Of a stretch of DNA of 64,000 nucleotides, positions 60,807 through 64,000 are shown one piece after another. Position 1 is the stretch's first letter. Each line of letters opens with the position of its first letter. This DNA comes from Eledone cirrhosa. Taxonomy: Eukaryota. The stretch covers positions 15,438,001 through 15,502,000 of the forward strand of contig OZ024741.1 in assembly GCA_964016885.1 (NCBI GenBank), given 5' to 3'. The translations under genes and the position numbers were made by a program. The notes beneath the pieces are model-generated. The model did no database searches. It was not told the DNA's origin and worked only from the letters and a program-made list of their open reading frames with translations.

Positions 60807-62770
60807 AGAATAGTTCTGGGGAGTGAGAGTCAGAGACAGAATAGTTCTGGTGAGTGAGAGTGTCGGGTAGAATAGTTCTGGGGAGTGAGAGTGTCGGATA
60901 GAATAGTTCTGGGGAGTGAGAGTGAGAGACAGAATAGTTCTGGTGAGTGAGAGTGTCGGGTAGAATAGTTCTGGGGAGTGAGAGTGTCGGATAGAATAGT
61001 TCTGGGGAGTGAGAGTGTCGGATAGAATAGTTCTGAGGAGTGAGAGTGAGAGACAGAATAGTTCTGGTGAGTGAGAGTGTCGGGTAGAATAGTTCTGGGG
61101 AGTGAGAGTGTCGGATAGAATAGTTCTGGGGAGTGAGAGTGTCGGATAGAATAGTTCTGGGGAGTGAGAGTGAGAGACAGCATAGTTCTGGTGAGTGAGA
61201 GTGTCGGGTAGAATAGTTCTGGGGAGTGAGAGTGTCGGATAGAATAGTTCTGGGGAGTGAGAGTGAGAGACAGAATAGTTCTGGTGAGTGAGAGTGTCGG
61301 GTAGAATAGTTCTGGTGAGTGAGGGTGTCGGGTAGAATAGTTCTGGGGAGTGAGAGTGAGAGTGAGAGACAGAATAGTTCTGGTGAGTGAGAGTGTCGGG
61401 TAGAATAGTTCTGGTGAGTGAGAGTGTCGGGTAGAATAGTTCTTGGGAGTGAGAGTGAGAGACAGAATAGTTCTGGTGAGTGAGAGTGTCGGGTAGAATA
61501 GTTCTGGGGAGTGAGAGTGTCGGATAGAATAGTTCTGGGGGGTGAGAGTGAGAGACAGAATAGTTCTGCTGAGTGAGAGTGTCGGGTAGAATAGTTCTGG
61601 TGAGTGAGAGTGTCGGGTAGAATAGTTCTTGGGAGTGAGAGTGAGAGACAGAATAGTTCTGGTGAGTGAGAGTGTCGGGTAGAATAGTTCTGGTGAGTGA
61701 GAGTGTCGGGTAGAATAGTTCTTGGGAGTGAGAGTGAGAGACAGAATAGTTCTGGTGAGTGAGAGTGTCGGGTAGAATAGTTCTGGGGAGTGAGAGTGTG
61801 AGACAGAATTGTTCTGGTGAGTGAGAGTGTCGGGTAGAATAGTTCTGTGGAATGAGAGTGTGAGATAGAATAGTTCTGGGGAGTGAGGGTGAGAGACAGA
61901 ATAGTTCTGGGGAGTGAGAGTGAGACACATAATAGTTCTGAGGAGTGAGAGTGAGAGACAGAATAGTTCTGGGGAGTGAGAGTGAGAGACAGAATAGTTC
62001 TCGTGAGTGAGAGTTGGTGACAGAATAGTTCTGGGGAGTGAGAGTGTCGGGTAGAAGAGTTCTGAGGAATGAGAGTGTGAGACAGAATAGTTCTGGGGAG
62101 TGAGAGTGTCGGGTAGAAGAGTTCTGGGAAATGAGAGTGTGAGACAGAATAGTTCTGAGGAGTGAGAGTGAGAGACAGAATAGTTCTCGTGAGTGAGAGT
62201 TGGTGACAGAATAGTTCTGGGGAGTGAGAGTGTCGAGTAGAAGAGTTCTGAGGAATGAGAGTGTGAGACAGAATAGTTCTGGGGAGTAAGAGTGTCGGGT
62301 AGAAGAGTTCTGGGAAATGAGAGTGTGAGACAGAATAGTTCTGAGGAGTGAGAGTGAGAGACAGAATAGTTCTCGTGAGTGAGAGTTGGTGACAGAATAG
62401 TTCTGGGGAGTAAGAGTGTCGGGTAGAAGAGTTCTGGGAAATGAGAGTGTGAGACAGAATAGTTCTGAGGAGTGAGAGTGAGAGACAGAATAGTTCTGGT
62501 GAGTGAGAGTTGGAGATAGAATAGTTCTGGGGAGTGAGAGTGTCGGGTAGAAGAGTTCTGGGAAATGAGAGTGTGAGACAGAATAGTTCTGAGGAGTGAG
62601 AGTGAGAGACAGAATAGTTCTGGTGAGTGAGAGTTGGAGATAGAATAGTTCTGGGGAGTGAGAGTGTCCGGTAGAAGAGTTCTGGGAAATCAGAGTGTGA
62701 GACAGAATAGTTCTGTGGAGTGAGAGTGTCGGGTAGAAGAGTTCTGGGGAATGAGAGTGAGAGACAGAAT
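60807..62770. repeat. 31-bp satellite AGAATAGTTCTGGGGAGTGAGAGTGTCGGGT, about 63 copies
   Basis: 31-bp periodicity with alternating TCGGGT / AGAGAC variants. Confidence 0.96.
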
Positions 62771-62809
62771 AAATTGAGAATGAGTGTCCTAATAGAATAT
62801 TCATCTTCT

Positions 62810-62950
62810 AATTGTTTCTACATTAGGCACAAGGCCAGCAATTTACCAGTGCATTACTGGTACTTTATTTTATCGGCCCCGTAAGGATGAAAGGCAAAAT
62901 TAACCTTGGCGGGATTTGAACTCAGAATGGCAAGGGCCGTAACTCTATTC
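62810..62950 (-). mobile_element. SINE S1, 5'-truncated
   Basis: Similarity to 27883-28067; TCTTCTAATTG on both sides. Confidence 0.85.
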
Positions 62951-63246
62951 CTCTTCTAATTGAGCTGGGTTTAGTTTCTCTAGTTCCGCCTCTTGTTTAT
63001 ATTTCTATAAATGTTCACCATTTGCACATGACGTGTTTAATCTATCTGCTTATTACTAGTACAACGTTGTACTTGTATTTACTATATTCCTGTTTAAGGA
63101 ACACTGTCAAAAGACCTTCTGCCGGTCAAACCATGACATGCTATCTAAGTCCATTCATTTGACTTCAGTCAGCTTCGATTATAACCTCGTCGAACACATA
63201 TTGATCTATGCAGACATATGGGCCTTTTTCTGCTCTCTCCTAGAAA

Positions 63247-63313
63247 TCTTCTTCTTCTTCTTCTTCTTCTTCTTCTTCTTCTTCTTCTTCTTCTTCTTCT
63301 TCTTCTTCTTCTT

Positions 63314-63344
<31 letters not shown>

Positions 63345-63482
63345 AGAGGGTTGTTGGGGCAGAGTCCTCAAACACTCCTTCCAGCAAGTCCTGTCAGAAG
63401 CAACCGTCTCCAATTGATCCGGCTGGATCCCCAAGCGAGACCCGCCAAACTCATCGATGTTATCCAACCATCTTGCTCGGGG
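63247..63482 (-). mobile_element. 3' end of an RTE-clade LINE with (GAA)n tail
   Basis: Minus strand PRARWLDNID...ASDRTCWKECLRTLPQQPS* followed directly by about 32 GAA. Confidence 0.75.
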
Positions 63483-63818
63483 TAAAAGAAATGTTCTATT
63501 TATTTTTTGTCCAACAGCTTATTTAATCCGGGCGATATGATTGCGGTTAAGACTTTGTAGATTGTAGAGAGGCAACGTATTAGTATGAACTATTTTTTGC
63601 GTACTGACGATGGGGGCTGCATCTCTAGTCTTAGGGATTAAGATGATTTTCTCTTCAGTGAGTCAGGTGTTGGACATCGTCTCAATCAGTATCTATTTAA
63701 TCAGTATCTACACAGTCTCAGACTATGTAAACTTCTGTCAACACCCCATGTGTCCTTGCTAATCATTTTAACCAGAAGTTTGGACGCTTGTAATGGACTT
63801 GTACTTTCTAGATAGTTA

Positions 63819-63928
<110 letters not shown>

Positions 63929-64000
63929 CTTCTAGGACTGTTGAAAAATGTCTTGTGTACAAATAACATATGTGACATAGAAAGATGAAAATACTAACAG

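Noticed and set aside
60786-62804. 672-aa and 366-aa ORFs
   Set aside because: Translation of the 31-bp satellite cycling through frames.

Overview
Gene-poor, repeat-saturated animal DNA. The (TA)n/(CA)n microsatellite load and the SINE family suggest a cephalopod (Octopus-like) genome, which is an inference. I found no credible host gene, and almost all ORFs in the track are microsatellite or satellite artefacts. Recognisable parts are three large tandem arrays (53-bp, ACC-rich, 31-bp), two Penelope-like retroelement (PLE) remnants with GIY-YIG domains, RTE and CR1/L2-type LINE fragments, a bipartite non-autonomous RTE family, tRNA-derived SINEs, a mariner, a Tc1, a hAT MITE and a probable solo LTR. 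The main signal is a dense set of short non-coding elements in (TA)n tracts, usually built as inverted arm + direct arm + short tail. About ten sequence-unrelated families among these elements and the two PLE 3' regions carry a hand-foldable minimal type-I hammerhead ribozyme (HHR). Two families form head-to-tail arrays with one ribozyme per unit (472-475 bp and 76 bp), which is the architecture of retrozymes that release monomeric or circular RNAs. All folds were done by eye and none is tested for activity.
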